DNA from: Xylographa opegraphella
Lineage: Eukaryota
Direction: 5' to 3'
Assembly: GCA_022813865.1 (NCBI GenBank)
Contig: JALDZX010000016.1
Location: forward strand, 1-64,000
Length of the DNA: 64,000 nt
Positions 1-13,544 of the stretch are shown piece after piece (positions within the stretch are counted from its first letter, which is position 1; each line of letters starts with the position of its first letter). Below the pieces are notes generated by a model. That model searched no databases, was not told the origin of the DNA, and saw only the letters and a program-made list of their open reading frames with translations. Position numbers and translations under genes: made by a program.

Positions 1-188
1 CCCCCCCGCAGCTCCACCCTGCGCTGCGAAGAAACTTTTCCGAGGCTACTGTATATCGTACAACGGGTTCCCACAGCGCCGGACTCGGCGGCTGCGCCCA
101 TCGGCTCATGTCCTCTTCTCCGCTCCTTCCCCTTCCCATGTATCCCACACCAGCAGCCGCCCCTCCGCCCTCCACCCTCCTCACCACC

Positions 189-1063
189 TCACGAGCGCGT
201 AAACAACCTGCTAAACAACCCCCCGGCAATATTCCTCGCCAACCCGCCCGAATAGCCGACCCTCGACGCCAAATCGGCCGCCTGGCTGAAGCGATCGCAG
301 CGCGAAAAAGCTACCGTGTTCGTGATGGTGAGGATCAACGCGATGACTACAGTAGTCCCCAGCACGAGTCAGCCCCAATCCGTTCATCCATTCCCCAAAA
401 CCATCCCCCCCTCCCCATCCCCCCCTCCCCATCCCCCCCTCCCCATCCCCCATCCCCCGCACCCCCACGCGCGCGCGCCCAATAACTCACCCACGATACT
501 CAACCACTTCGGACTCAAGAGATACAAGACCCCCAAGCCGGCCCACAGCACGGGCTGCACGTACAGCGCGAGCCAGAAGAAGCGGCCATCGGTCCTGTTG
601 CCCGGCGGCGCCGAGGGGGGCGCGGACTCGAACACCCACGTGCTGGCGCCCGAGGCGGGGTCGACCTCGTTCCACCAGCGCAGGCCGACGAGGCGCCGGC
701 CGGCGATGTTTTTCAGGTAGTAGAAGTCGGCGGCGAGGAGGAGGATGGTGAGGATGAATATTAGGACGCTAGGAAAATTGGGGGTAAGGGGTTAGTTGGG
801 TGGGGATGGTTGGGGAGGGGGGGACGGGGACGTACAAGTTGTCGGTGACGAAGAGGCCGCCGAAGAGGTAGACGAGGAGGGAGGCTGTGGGGCCAGAGGG
901 GCGGAGGGTTAGTTTGGGGAGGGCATGGCTTGCGGTGTATAGGGAAGGGGGGTGGGAGACGGGGGACCGTACAGATGCGGAATCCGAGGAAGCAGAGCAG
1001 GGTGACGGGGTGGGAGCTGAGGCGCCAGCTGAGGTCGCCTTGGCGGGCTTGCTGCTGCTCCAT
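189..1063 (-). CDS. TVP23: Golgi apparatus membrane protein Tvp23 (4 exons: 1063-973, 884-836, 768-491, 346-189)
   Basis: Hand-spliced product reads [18 protein letters not shown]...[23 protein letters not shown]...WVFES...FFWLALY, the Tvp23/FAM18 signature; all introns GT-AG. Confidence 0.93.
399..458. repeat. C-rich tandem repeat (~14-bp unit CCCCATCCCCCCCT, ~3 copies plus partials) in TVP23 intron 3; G-run array on the transcript
   Basis: Directly visible: ccatccccccctccccatccccccctccccatccccccctccccatccccc. Confidence 0.85.
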
Positions 1064-1825
1064 TGTGGGAGTGGGGAGGTGGAGGATTGGGGGATGGTGC
1101 GGTTGGCGAGGGAGGATATCGAGGCAACGTGTCTGGGATCCCGCGTTTGGAAGCTTGCGCTGGCTCCGTCGCCGGGTAGGCTGGCTAGGTGAGTGCTTGT
1201 CGGGATGGGGTTAGCGTGCTTGTGGTAGACTACTTGGCGCGGATGAGCGTTTCGAAGGAGCCAGAGTGGTTCTTTCGATCGCCATTCAACAGTAACTATT
1301 GGTTAGCGACCAGATTCAAATCACATATAGGGTTGTAGGGTGGAAAGTTTCTATGCTAACACAAGCCACTGTTCGCGGCCTCTAGATATTATCGCTGACT
1401 AAAGATCCCTCTGCATGTTCAATTACAGGTCCATCGTAGTGTAATCTATTCAAAATCAATCGCATTTTTTGGCCAACCTCCGCCCATTAATTCCACCACT
1501 ACTCTCACTCGCACAGGTCGCTCTGTCCTCCCTCCTGGTGACTCTGGTGATCCTTATGTTTCGGCTGTAGACACTTCCTTGAACGCACGGAGTACAAGAA
1601 GATACAAGCGCTTATTCAACAACAGTAACAACAACAACAAAATCAACAATAATTAGAATCCTAAGCGGTTAAGCAAAGAAAATAGCACGTGTGTAGAAGT
1701 TGGGGTATCTAAGGAAAGGAGACTCGTGTAAATGAAGGTAGCCTGGATGCCAGGCGATGCTTATTCGAAGGAGACCGGTACTACTGAATGATCTGGAGGG
1801 TGTTGCAAGTGAGATGGCCGAAAGA

Positions 1826-4800
1826 TTAGGCTTGCATATTTCCGGTAAGCTCAGCGACACGGGCCTTGATGCGTGCGACACGGGATTCGATTGCTAGGTT
1901 CAATCAGCAAATTGTCTTTAGATCATGGGTAGAACTAGAAAGTACTTAGAGACAACTCACTTTCTTCGCCGCTTGTTTCGCCATCATCAGTTCGATCAGT
2001 CTTCCTAGACTGCTCTTCGCTTTGTCTCTCATTCTGCATTGCGGCACGTGCAGCAGCATTCTTCCTGATTTGTGCCCAGCGATCTTGAACTGGTGAAATT
2101 TGCTGTGTAAGCTCATCAGAGTGCTCTGAAGCATCGTCATGTGACTCTTCTTCGTGCTCTTCAGTAGCATGTTGGGCGAAGGTATGGGAATTCGACGACA
2201 CCCGAGGCGAGTCTTCAGGAACGAAAGCGGGTACATCTTCCAGTGGCCCTTGATCAAAAGTCTGGAATTCGTGCTCCGCATGACGTTGTTCATTGGTATC
2301 AACACGGCTCAGACTTGCTTGAGACTCCTGGAATTCTTGGTTGGCATAGTGCGGCGAAGGTAGGGGCGTCGGCTCGGACGGAGGAACACGAGGTTCTTCT
2401 GTCATTAGCGGCATCGACGGTGGAAGAGTTCTGGTTGGTGCAGCAGGAGCAGCATCCTTTGATCTGCCCAATCCCGAGAAACGTCGGCCGGATTTGATTT
2501 CTTTTGAAGCGACTGGAGCTGGCTGCTCAGGTGGATTTTGACGGGCCTCCAGGGCCGCCCGAGCGGCTGCTACTGCTGTAGTGCTCGTCTGTGGTGGTCC
2601 GGACCGCACTGGAACTTCGGTCTTCTTTCTGCCAAACATCCCTTTGAAGCCACCAGGTCCAGCTTTTTTCTTGAGCCTATTTCCACTGGCTTTCTTACTG
2701 TCCGGACTCGTATCTGGCGTCAGGATTGCGTCATTCCTTACTGTTGGATTTGCATATTCGGGTCCAGATGAAAACTGTCTCGGGTCTGAGGTGGAGTGCT
2801 TCTCTTCCGCTGCCTTAGGAGGAGGTAACGGCTTCCTTTCCACTGACATCTGACGTGGATATTCTGCTGGGGTGTTGGCAGGCAGCGGAACTTGAGATGC
2901 TTCGGCGGCGATTTCGTTCACGGCTACCATATCGACTGCGGGTACTGCAGGTAAAGGAGTTGGGTTGTGATCAGGAGGGTGGTACTCGTTGACTTGATTG
3001 TGAGACCCAGTTGTTGCGGCGTCTGGGCTCTGATAGATGCGGTTACTGACAGCACTATGGCCTCCAAATTCTTGCTGTAGAACGGATGGTTTCCCGCCCG
3101 GAGCAATATAGACTTGCTCTTGAGGCTGAGGGACAGGCGCAGATACTACAGGTGTTTCCTCCTGAGGCAGATCCGGAAGGTTTCTGTCATGCTTATTGTC
3201 CATCGCGGGAGCTTCCGGCTGAGTAGCATTCTCTACAACAGGAAACCCGTACGATTGGTTTCGGGGAGCGGGAAGCGGCTGAGATTTCGCGGCGGCCATA
3301 GGAGCAATGGTCGTTTGTGCAGTTGCCATCGGCGTAATCGTGCCATTTGTACTCGTACCCTGCTGGCTTTGACTTATGCTGGGCGGCGACAAATTGACAG
3401 CTGAGCCTTTTCCCGCAAAGTTATCACCAAGATACTTTGCTCGTACAGCATCTTTGTCATAACTGTTGGCCCACTTCATCGCAGGTGCAGCTTCAGTCAA
3501 AATAACCGGCTGCAGAGTGAAAACGCTATTAGTCTTTTGGGATACAGTGTCTTCAAACCGACCACGACGAGGACTATCCGTGGGTATCTCCTGTACATAA
3601 TTCTTTTGCTGTAGTGCTGCAGCAGCAGCTTGAATCCTTGCGTGCTGATCAGGAGCAATGTTGCTCTTGCTGAGTGGCGAAGGCTGATGAGCTTTCTGCC
3701 CTAGCTCTGCTTTTCGATGCGTCAAAGTTTTCCTGCCAGTTGTCGATTTACTCCGACTCATTTTTGAACGCTTACTGAACCCGAATCTACCCTTTTTCTC
3801 GGCAATATAAGCTCCATCTTCTAGCTCAGGTGCGGCTGCTTTGATTATCTCCTCCATTAAGAGCCATCGGCCACCTCTAAGATTTGTTTCGACGAGGGCA
3901 CATCGTCCAAACACTGCCTTACGTGCTACTGGTTCTTCTCCAGCAAGACTCGATATCCACACCCACCAAAAAGCATCGTCAAGACCGAAAGTGGCGATAC
4001 TGGCTAGCTCGCCCGGTTCAAGGAGAGAGTCATCGTCGGTCATTCGCTTCTGCGATTGCGAACTCTGGCTGCGTGTATTGATTGGAGGCAGAAGCTTATC
4101 TGGAGGTAAGAATGAGCTTGGAGCTCCTTTTGCAGAATCCTCCACAAATCCTGAAGAAAGAAAATCTGCCCAAGACGGGGTGGTGGGTCGACCAAGATCG
4201 ACTTTTGAATGTGCGGTCGTTCTCAACCCACGAGGTTGTTGTTGACGCCTTCTTCCAAGTGCAGACCCGTCGACCTCGTCATCATCGGAGTCGTCACCCA
4301 TGCCCCCAAAGCCGATATCCTCGAACCGAGACCATGACGCATCTCGTAGACTTGTAGAGGCCTTTGAAGTCGACGAGTCATTTGCGGACGAGATATTTTT
4401 TAGAACACGCCTGCACTCGTCGGTCAAAGCTTGTACAGGATCCTCGTATTCAGAAAACTGTTGAAGTGCCTGATCTTCATCTCTGTATTGAAAGTGCTTA
4501 GCCCGACGCAGGAGGGCAAACGGTGTAGGTGATACGGTATCAACGATCATGGCCACCTTTGTTGTCGGACTTTCCATCAAAGTGCCATGGGATGGTGGGT
4601 ATTCAGTCGTTTGAAGAAGATTCTGGAGAGAGAGTGGAAGGGCTGAAATGCCATTGGTACCTTGGACTGAATCAGGAGACAAGGATCGAAGGTATGCGAA
4701 GAACAAATGGCTCGTCGCATCAGCGGCACTGGATTGTCGTCAGATAGCTCACGAGCTCTAGTGAAAATTGTTACGGACCTCGTCCATGCTTTGTAACCAC

Positions 4801-5643
4801 CATCGAAACCGCTGCCCGTATCGACCTGCTCAAAGGCATACCAACCACCAAGTCGAGACAACTTACGACCACCCATCCCGTTGATCTTACCGTGAGCCGC
4901 AATCGCTGCCATCAGGTCGAAGAAGTCGAAGATTATTTTCGTTCGCGCATCAGAAGCGATGCTGATAGGAATGAATGTTGCAAATGCGTCGCGAGCAGTG
5001 TTTGAGTCTGGTAATCATGAGCTCATGTATGGTCGAGTTTGCGGCCACTGATCATACCTTGTTCTCCAATTTTGAACAGCTCGTAGGCCTCCCAAGTCAC
5101 AATACCGCCCGGCAACCTGCTCCAACACCATTTCATCACACTGCATAATACCTATAAAAGTCAGTGGATACCAATGACGTCGTGTATTACAATCCTTGGA
5201 CACCTACCAAAGGTTCCGTCAGTCGAAGCTCCTGGCTTAGACGTTCGCCCTCCAAAGGGCCACCCTTCTCGGCATTTGGATTGAAGTAGTTGCGAATGAA
5301 GCTGCGCGCGGCGCTCGGGTCTGAGGCTGGCCTGAATGGGAGAAGAAGGAACGGCATTGCCAGCGCTAGGACGAAGGTTTTCATCAGTATGCGCGGTCTC
5401 AGGTCGCCAGAGTCTGTGCGGACGAAGCAACAACGCCATTGACTAAACTATACCTCTTGATTTGATCTCATACGTGCAACATCTTAGAAGCTCTTGCACC
5501 TCCTCCGGCTCGACATCCTTGCGCGACCATGCATCCTCCCATGCGGGTTTGGGTGGAGCCACAGGCGCCGCTCCCGTTTGTCGCGGTTGCTTCTTCGTCA
5601 AACTGGCGTCCTTTCCCTTGAAGATATTGGAGAAGAAAGGCAT
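1826..5643 (-). CDS. MSB1: Msb1/Mug8-like morphogenesis protein (DUF1708, RhoGAP-like N-terminal domain; long disordered C-terminus), multi-exon
   Basis: Exons give WEDAWSRKDVEPEEVQELL, PFLLLPFRP, AHGKINGMGGRKLSRL, PTPFALLRRA, DDAFWWVWISSL; last exon 1894-1826 encodes IESRVARIKARVAELTGNMQA*. Confidence 0.8.
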
Positions 5644-6796
5644 TTCAAGGTCTGGGCTTCGTCGGTGGGGTCACAGGTCGATATTGGCTCGCATCGAGGA
5701 ACAAGTTGCGCTAACTAGGCAGAGCGTAATAATCCAGCAGGCTGACAGATTGATTTGCGACCCGCCCCTTGGTATAGATACTACCTCCGGGATGTTTCTG
5801 ATTGTTGATTGACGTCGTGGTGGTGAGGCGTTGACTGTGCCGGACGCCCTAATCTGATAGGAGGGACGCGAAATCAGAGGCGACGTGACGTGGGGAATCA
5901 AGCACGGTGGCACGGGGGTGGTATGTACCGTGAGGCTGCAGATGTCCACAGCTACAAATACGACAGCAGACGCACTGATGATTGTGTTTGAAAATGGTCA
6001 AAGGAACGTGGGAGGGTGGGTTGTGATGCTCCGGGACCGTCGATGCCCTCAAGGATTCTGGTAGACGGGCTCTTCTATTTTACACGGTGCAAATTACCTG
6101 TGACGGAAGTGAATGAAAGGAGGTCGGCTTTTCGTTCAAACCCCAAACCAGGGTTCGGCAGCCTGCCCGCGCCCGCACTTGTAATTCGTCCAGCACTAGC
6201 GCGGTGGAAAGCCCGGTGCTGGCCTGACCTGATCTTGCCTATCTAGGCGTGAATTGCACCCGAAACCTCCTTAGCGGCCAGCCCGTTTAACGCCATGTAA
6301 TTATAGCATCCTTGCCACGCGATCAACGCACGGTGAAGTGGCATTGGTGGACCTCGAGAGAACGGCCAACCTCTTATCGTTATTGTTTATTGGGGCGAAC
6401 AGGCATGCGAGCGTCTGCCCGTTCTCTTCAAAGTTCAGACGCTCCAAAGTCTGGGCAGAACAAATGCTAAGCCACACGGTAACCAACTCTAGAGACCAAG
6501 TCAACTCCTATTCTAAATACCTACTCCGTACCTACAGATAGGATTGCTGGACTACCAACGATAGCACCCAAGACGGCTCTTCCCTCTGTTCTACTTGTCC
6601 AACGTCACAACTCCTTCTTACCGTCCAAGTCCGCGTTCTGCACCCGAGGAGCTGGTATTACAGTAATCATGTCAGGACAGTGACCGGCTCCGATTGGTAT
6701 TCCTACCACCGCGTGTGCTACACGGGTTGCTGAGAAAATGATGGCAGCCGGAAGGGCGGCCAGCCAAGATGATGGTCCGCTTCAAGCTTACACGCT

Positions 6797-7854
6797 TCAC
6801 TCCGGTTCCTGCTCTTTCCATTTCTTCTCTAGAGCCTTGATATCAAATCCACAGGCGGCCGCTTTGCGCACCGTCGCCTTTGCCTTCCCGACCACTGGAG
6901 CATCAATCATCTTGCCCTCCAAAGTCCATGCTCCCCTCCCAAGTTTCGCTGCCTTTGCATCCGCAACCGTGACTCTGACAGCCCATTCCACCTCCTTCTG
7001 CCCTGGCGCGAACGCGCTCTGGGTGATGTCAACTTGACTCGGATGAATGCATTGCTTCCCATTGAAACCGAGTCCTCTCCCTCCAAGACACTCTTCTTGC
7101 AAAGCCCGCTGCCCCTCTTCGCCCTTGTAAGCTGTGCACACAAGATCAATTGCGGAGGGCAAGTCATGAGCGCGGCATGCAGTAACAATCGCTGATCGCG
7201 CGTAGAGGAACTCGGTCAGAGCCGGGGTCCGAGTAAGAGAAAGGTCGAGGGCGAAATCCTCTGCTGCGAAGATCAGGCCTGAGAGAAGTGGGGTTGCAGT
7301 ACATATAGAAGAAAGCGAAGAAAGTGCTTTTGCAGATTCAATGAGGGCGAGCACTTGAATGGACGTGCTCTTCTCACCGACCGCGCTTGAAGGTTGTCGA
7401 GAATGCCGGATCACGTCTGTAACAAAGTGTAGATCTGCTGCGGAATTGACCTTTGGAACCACAATGGTATCGACATGTCTGGCTTTAAGCTAAGTGAAAT
7501 GAGCGCGATAAAGCCGATCGATGCTAGTATTGGGAGAAGTACCACTTCTGTAAGGTCGTCGAGAGCCAGCCCACTCTCCACTGCATTTATCCTCACGGAT
7601 TGCTCCTTGATGCCGGCCGCCCGTGGTTGATCTAGGAAATGGCGGACATTCGATCTGGCCTCGCTTTTTCTGCTCGGAGTGACCGAGTCCTCAAGATCGT
7701 AGGCTACACAGTCTACGATGAGCCCGCGAGATTTCTCAAGCATCTTTTGAGACGATCCAGGAACTTGGAAGCTCTTAGCCAGGGTCGAATTGGAACATCA
7801 TAAAGGCATACCATAAAGTAACGCCCGCCTGACGGTTGATCCTGATGAAGCCAT
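6797..7854 (-). CDS. Citrate lyase beta-subunit-like (CitE/CLYBL, HpcH/HpaI family) lyase, multi-exon; alternative in-frame ATG at 7866
   Basis: RRALLY|VPGSS, YDLEDSV, VRIN, VPKV, LIES, FAAEDF, GFNGKQCIHPSQV, GKMIDAPV motifs. Confidence 0.9.
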
Positions 7855-8118
7855 CGTCCAAACCATAAAGGTCCTGTTTTGAAATATCCTCAAACCTTCG
7901 AGATGATCACCTGCGCTGTTACTTCAGAGAATACATTTATTATTCGAGGACTTCAGAAAGCGGTATCAAGAATATTGACCCTCCAATTGGTCTCGTCCGG
8001 GAACATTGTTTCTAGACCGAAATAAGGTGTTCAGTACGTGGCAATCTCTTCAATCTATCATATCTACTACTGCGATGCACTTGTGGTTTGTCTATTCGTT
8101 CACCGAAAGAGCAAGCTT

Positions 8119-8128
8119 GTCACGTGAC
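8119..8128. promoter_or_regulatory. Perfect palindromic E-box GTCACGTGAC (bHLH, Cbf1-type site) ~265 bp upstream of the CitE-like gene
   Basis: Sequence match only; function not shown. Confidence 0.3.
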
Positions 8129-8290
8129 GCAGATCAGAATAGCAAGCATTGTATGTTGCATGGCCATTTGCTTGGAAATGGACTCTGGGACCGCTCCCTG
8201 TCATACTAAGGTTTTGAAAGCCCATCATACACTATTTGTTGGTCAATAAAATCTCATCCTTCTGTTTGAATGTGCCGTATACCACTGGTC

Positions 8291-9098
8291 CTATAAGATC
8301 AGCTCTTCCTGCCAGAACCCAACAACCCCTTCCGCAGCCTCTTCTAGCCACTCCTTTAAAGAGAGGTATCCTTGTTCTGAGGCCGCGAGCTTCGATACAT
8401 CCGGCAGTGAATGGCAGATATCGCTCAGAACATTTGTATCATGTTCCGACATTGGATGGGAAGGTGCTGACAAGGTCGTATGTGGGAGAAGATTGGTCCG
8501 TGCGGAATATTGTGGAAACGTAAGGTATGAGTATCGATGGAGAGACTCCGTATACGTATTCAACTCAGAAAGCAAGCTGATTGAGCTGGTTATGGGGAGA
8601 ATTGGAATGGACGAAAGGTTGGGCTGTCCTAATATCCTGGAGGCTTGTCAGTAAGAACACATACGAAAGCATATTGAGGTAGTAGACATTAGCTGTAGCG
8701 TCAAGAACGCGCGATGTCCATCCATGGTTTCAAATGAGGGGTGGGCACGGGTCGATAACACGAAGGCCACGGCGATACTCTCAGCTCCTAATGCAGAGAA
8801 ATGCTCAATACGAGTCATGGTACTCATTTTGGCTTTGTCGTCAAGAGATGCTGATGTCAAGACAAGAACTTGAAGTCTACGGGAGGTCTTGTTCGAGCCG
8901 GATCTAGGTGGAATGGCAAGTGCCAAATCGAATGTCTTCAGATTGGACTCTTTCATCAGATAATCAGTAGGCGCTCGCCATACGGTATTGAAGAAGACTA
9001 TTCTTACCCTTGAAGTCATGAAGCTTGGGGGAATCGGTCAACGCGGTTACAAGCTCTTGGAGGTCAGAACGTCTTCTCAGCGACGAGCAGAACATCAT
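8291..9098 (-). CDS. 232-aa ERCC4-like plus (HhH)2-like protein, candidate Spo16/SCRE homologue (exons 9098-9008, 8949-8688, 8636-8291)
   Basis: Two GT-AG introns (58 and 51 nt) join three ORF pieces into one 699-nt frame; the family call is inferred from MMFCSSLRR..ELVTAL, RIEHF, FLTLQL..IPILPI and the C-terminal VVGFWQEE. Confidence 0.6.
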
Positions 9099-9311
9099 GT
9101 AGCATGGAATACAACGATGAGTCAAGTATTTATATTTAACTTAGCACATTGATCTGAGATGGGTAACTTCCGAAATTTATCATACAATCTTCAATCGCAC
9201 GTATCATGAACGCCTCTATGATGCATAGGTAGGAAGAGCCCAAATAGTGACCGAGGATATAACCTGTCGGCTAGCCGAGCTCAAACGAGCTGGTAGTGCG
9301 AGACAGAATCC

Positions 9312-10078
9312 TCAAGATTTAGCTTCAGATTTGGCTGGTATGGTCTGTAATTGACCAGGTTTTGTGATTGAAGAGGTAGAGTTCTGCTTCATGGCTGTGG
9401 GCGGATTATTGGGCAAAGGCTGCTCCTTTGCTGCGGATCTTAGCACTTCAACTTCCCGTTGTAGCTCATCCAAAAGTTGCCATTTGGCCTGGTCCTGCTC
9501 TTCAAGATTCCTGAGCTTCTCAGCAACGTCTTCCCGTCTATTGTTCTCCTTTCGTCGAGACCTCCATGTCTCAAAAAGGATTGTACTCAAAGTTACGCCA
9601 AAGAGGAAACCCTCACTAATGAATGTAGCTCCAGAGTCAATTGCCTTGGCTTCCGAAAGCGGCCGAATTTTTGGTTTTGCCTGTGGTGTGGGCTGGGCTT
9701 TATCGCTGCTTCTCTCTTTCTCCTTTGTAGCTGCAACTTCGTCCGCCTTACTTTGCGCTTCGGTCTTTACTGTAGGTATCTCTGCCTTATGCCTTTTTAA
9801 TTGGGCCTCTTTGGCTTCTCGAGCTATCTGCCGATCAATAGCTGCCTGATCCTGGAGAAGTCCAAGGCGAAGTCGCATGTCCCATTGATGTAGACGTTGA
9901 GCAATTGAGACACATCGTTTTCGGAAAGCTGGGTGTTCCCGGGCTTGAGCTTTGATGTAGTTCTGATAGTCATTTAGTAAGACACCAGGATACGTAACTG
10001 AATAGTTCAACATACTGCTATAGGCTTCGAAAGTGTGCGAATTATCAGAGATGTGGTTTTGAGTGCTATGCTGGACAT
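9312..10078 (-). CDS. OPA3: OPA3-family mitochondrial protein (exons 10078-10016, 9962-9312)
   Basis: Spliced N-terminus MSSIALKTTSLIIRTLSKPIA|NYIKAQAREHPAFR and IRPLSEAKAIDSGATFISEGFLF, followed by a coiled coil. Confidence 0.92.
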
Positions 10079-10606
10079 TCTTGCACATATTCAGCAACCA
10101 AAGCTGCGCTGGCGGCAACGACGCTGTATATTCATGCCCTGGGAGTGCACGATGGCACTAAAAGTTCCAGAGCCTCGAGACCGACGGCGAACCACATAGT
10201 TTGTATCTGCGATTATGTACGGATTACCGCAAATTATGTACATTGGTCCAGCGTGAGACGTCTCGCTAAACAGGCAACTGCCTGTCACTGATATTCATTA
10301 AATCCTTCACAGGGGAGATCCCCCCTGGACCGCTCTTTGCAGGACCCTTTTGAGAGAGCTAATTTGTATTTATCACGGGTGAGAAGCCCGTGGACATCCC
10401 CCCTAAAATGGTCGATTTAGCGACCGATGGCGGTCAAAATCGCTGTTTGTCGGGGAGTCGGGCTAGCTCAGCCTTAAGAATTAGCGTTACCCTCCAGAAA
10501 CAAAACAAAACAAACACCGAATTCATCACAGGAATGATGCTTGAGAAGACATTGCCAACTATAGAGATCACTGGCATAACAGGTTAGGTCCTTGAAGCTT
10601 ATGAAC

Positions 10607-13544
10607 ATGAAGGAATGCCTCTCGCCGCGATCGGCCAATATTCCATCTAAAGCACTTCCAACGGCGAATTCTAAAGACAAGAACCATGCTTTCCCACCAC
10701 CCAAGTGTGTTATACAACCACGAGGACTCCTTGGAGAACCTGGAGAGAAATACTCCATGGGAAGAGAACTTGGTAAAGGGGGTTTTGCCATATGCTATGA
10801 GGGAACCTTGCTCGGACAAAAGTATGGAAAGAATATCACATTCGCTCTCAAGATCGTAAAGGCGAAAATGGGAATGAAGAAGATGGAGGAGAAAGTAAAG
10901 GGCCCTTGTAATCTGACAGCTGCTGTAAGCTTACTCGTTACCAGTTCCGTACAGAATTGCAGATTCATTCGAAGATGCGCCACCCTAACATTGTCGAATT
11001 CCATCGAGCATTCACTTTCGAGGAGAATACCTATATCGTCTTAGAACTTTGTCCTAATGGATCTCTGAAGGACATGGTACAAAAGCGGCGTTGTTTGAGT
11101 TTACCTGAGGTCAGGCGGTACGGCATTCAATTGTGTGGAGCAATAAAATACCTGCATTCGAGGAATGTTATTCACAGAGACCTGAAGATGGGGAACATCT
11201 TCCTAGATCGCAATATGGATATCAAGCTTGGAGATTTTGGATTGGCAGCGATATTGATTACTGAAAGCGACGTCACGGCGGTGTCAAGGCGGACGACATT
11301 ATGTGGTACACCGAATTACATTGCACCAGAGATTCTAGAGAGAGGTCGAAAGGGTCATGATTATAAGGTGGATGTTTGGGCATTGGGAGTCATATTGTGA
11401 GCCTTCTATTTGTTGTGTTTTGTTGCTGGTGAATGACTGGTCAAGCTGATTGATGTTCTAGTTTTGCATTACTCACAGGTTATCCTCCTTTCTCGGACAA
11501 GGTGCAAGAAGAGATTTATCGCAAAGTTCGTTGTCTCGAATATACTTGGCCAGCTAATGCAAGAAACGACTATCCAGAAGAAGCAAAAGCACTGGTCAGC
11601 TCACTGTTGAAAACCAGTGCGGAAGAGCGGCCCGAACCTGATAAGATTGTTGGGCATTCGTTCTTTTCTATGCATGGTGCTGATGCCATACCAGCTATCA
11701 TCGAAACTGGGCATTTCTCTAAAAAGCCGGAATGGCTAGAAGATAGATCACCTCGTGGTGATGCCATCGCAAAGACCGCCACTCGAGTCTCAGTGGAAGC
11801 ACTCAGTGAACAATGTGGAGTGGGGTGTTTCTCGGAGATACCCTATGCAGTTGTGGGCGAACATGTTGGCAGATCAGTCTACCAGGAATTGCTCTGGGAA
11901 GAGTCCGTTGGAAGAGCTCCCACAGTACCACTGCCAGAAGACTTCGTATATGCTTCGGACAACTCGTTAGCGTTCGAAAAAGAGTTCAAGCCAAAGCGTG
12001 TAGTAAATCGGCACCCAGAATCAATGCGAATACCTAGCACTCGGCTCAAGTCTATAATACCAGCGCCATCGGAAGCCGGCGATCCCAGGAGAACATTACC
12101 ACTGCGATCTACTTCTTCTCGAAGTGTTGCGTCAAGTGTTACATCAATGCGTATCACGAGCAGCCGTATGAAACCCAGCGTCAAGGCTGTCTCAATAGAG
12201 GTGAAAGAGTCCAAGAGCGTTCAACCGCAATCAATTTCAGCCCTGACCGACTTTTCGACTCGAATACCAAGCCACACTTCGAAGTCAAGCATTACAGCCA
12301 TAGAATCCTTGCCAGAAGTTTCCAGGCCGGCCAAACCACAATGTACGTTACCAAGTGGAAATCAGCCTTCTACTTCTAGTGACTCGAAATACGACTCGAA
12401 GCCTTCTTGTTCTCCCTCTGCACTTATCGGACCTCACGATGCCTCTGATTACGTGGCGGGATCCAAGCCAAGTGAAGTCATTATGATGCTGGAGAGATTC
12501 TCTACTACCCTGGCAAAATGCTTGAGAGACATCACAAGAGCCAACTCCGCACCAGCTTTCTCAACCTCAAGATTTCGTAGTATCGAGAGTCGTCCTCACG
12601 TCGTTAAATGGGTTGACTACACCAACAAGTTCGGAATTGGCTATATACTCGCCAACGGCAGCATCGGCTGCGTCTTCAATGGCACTGATCAACGAGCCTC
12701 TACCTGCGTTATGGTACCCAACGCCGAAGACCACCTCCGACGACGAGACTCCCCAGTTTACACCGAGCGCCACCAAATAGTTCCCCGCAACGGTGCTGCT
12801 GTCGTTTTTCTCGAAAACTGCAGTGAGCAAGGCCTCACCCGTACTCTCATCCCACCACAGCACTTCTCAATCAATATTGGCAAGACCGGCCTGCCCGAAA
12901 GACTCGGCCCGGTTCCCAATTCCTACGACAACGAGAAACGTCGGATGCTCAATTTATGGGATAAGTTCGCGAAATACATGACCCAGACCCTCGGTGAGAA
13001 GACCGACAGCATCTCCCATCTCCCTTCAACGAACCATCGGCGCTCGAGCGACACAGGCACGTTCGTTAAGTTCTACCAGCGCCTCGGCAACGTCGGCGTC
13101 TGGGCCTTTGTAAACCAGACCTTCCAGTTCAACTTCCCCGACCACACCAAACTCGTCCTCTGCGCCGCCGACGGCGGGGCCGACTTCTACCACCTCTCCG
13201 TCTCGGCGGCCCTGCTTCTCAAGAAGGGTCGTCTCCTCCCGAAAGCGGCGCTCGAGGAGCGCGACGTGCTGAGCTACCCGCTCGGCGTCTTGCTTGCGGG
13301 CCGGTGCGAGGACAGAGACTTCAGCGGTCTCATAGCCGCGAACGAGCTGGTCGCGAAGGTGAGGTTTGTGCGGGAGGTGGTGGGTGTGTGGGCGCGGAAT
13401 GGGGGGCTGGGCTGTATGGGCAAGAGGGAGATGCGGTGGGAGGGGTTGGCGGAAGTGGGGGCGCGGGAGAGGGCGGTGTGGGTGACGGTGGGGAAGGGAG
13501 GTGGGGATGCGAGGGTGGAGGGAGTAGGGAAGAAGGTTTCGTAG
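10607..13544 (+). CDS. CDC5: Polo-like kinase (Cdc5/PlkA), 3 exons; an in-frame ATG also at 10601
   Basis: ELGKGGFAICY, HRDLKMGN, DFGLAA, TLCGTPNYIAPE; polo boxes KWVDYTNKFGIGY and QFNFPDHTKLVL. Confidence 0.96.
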
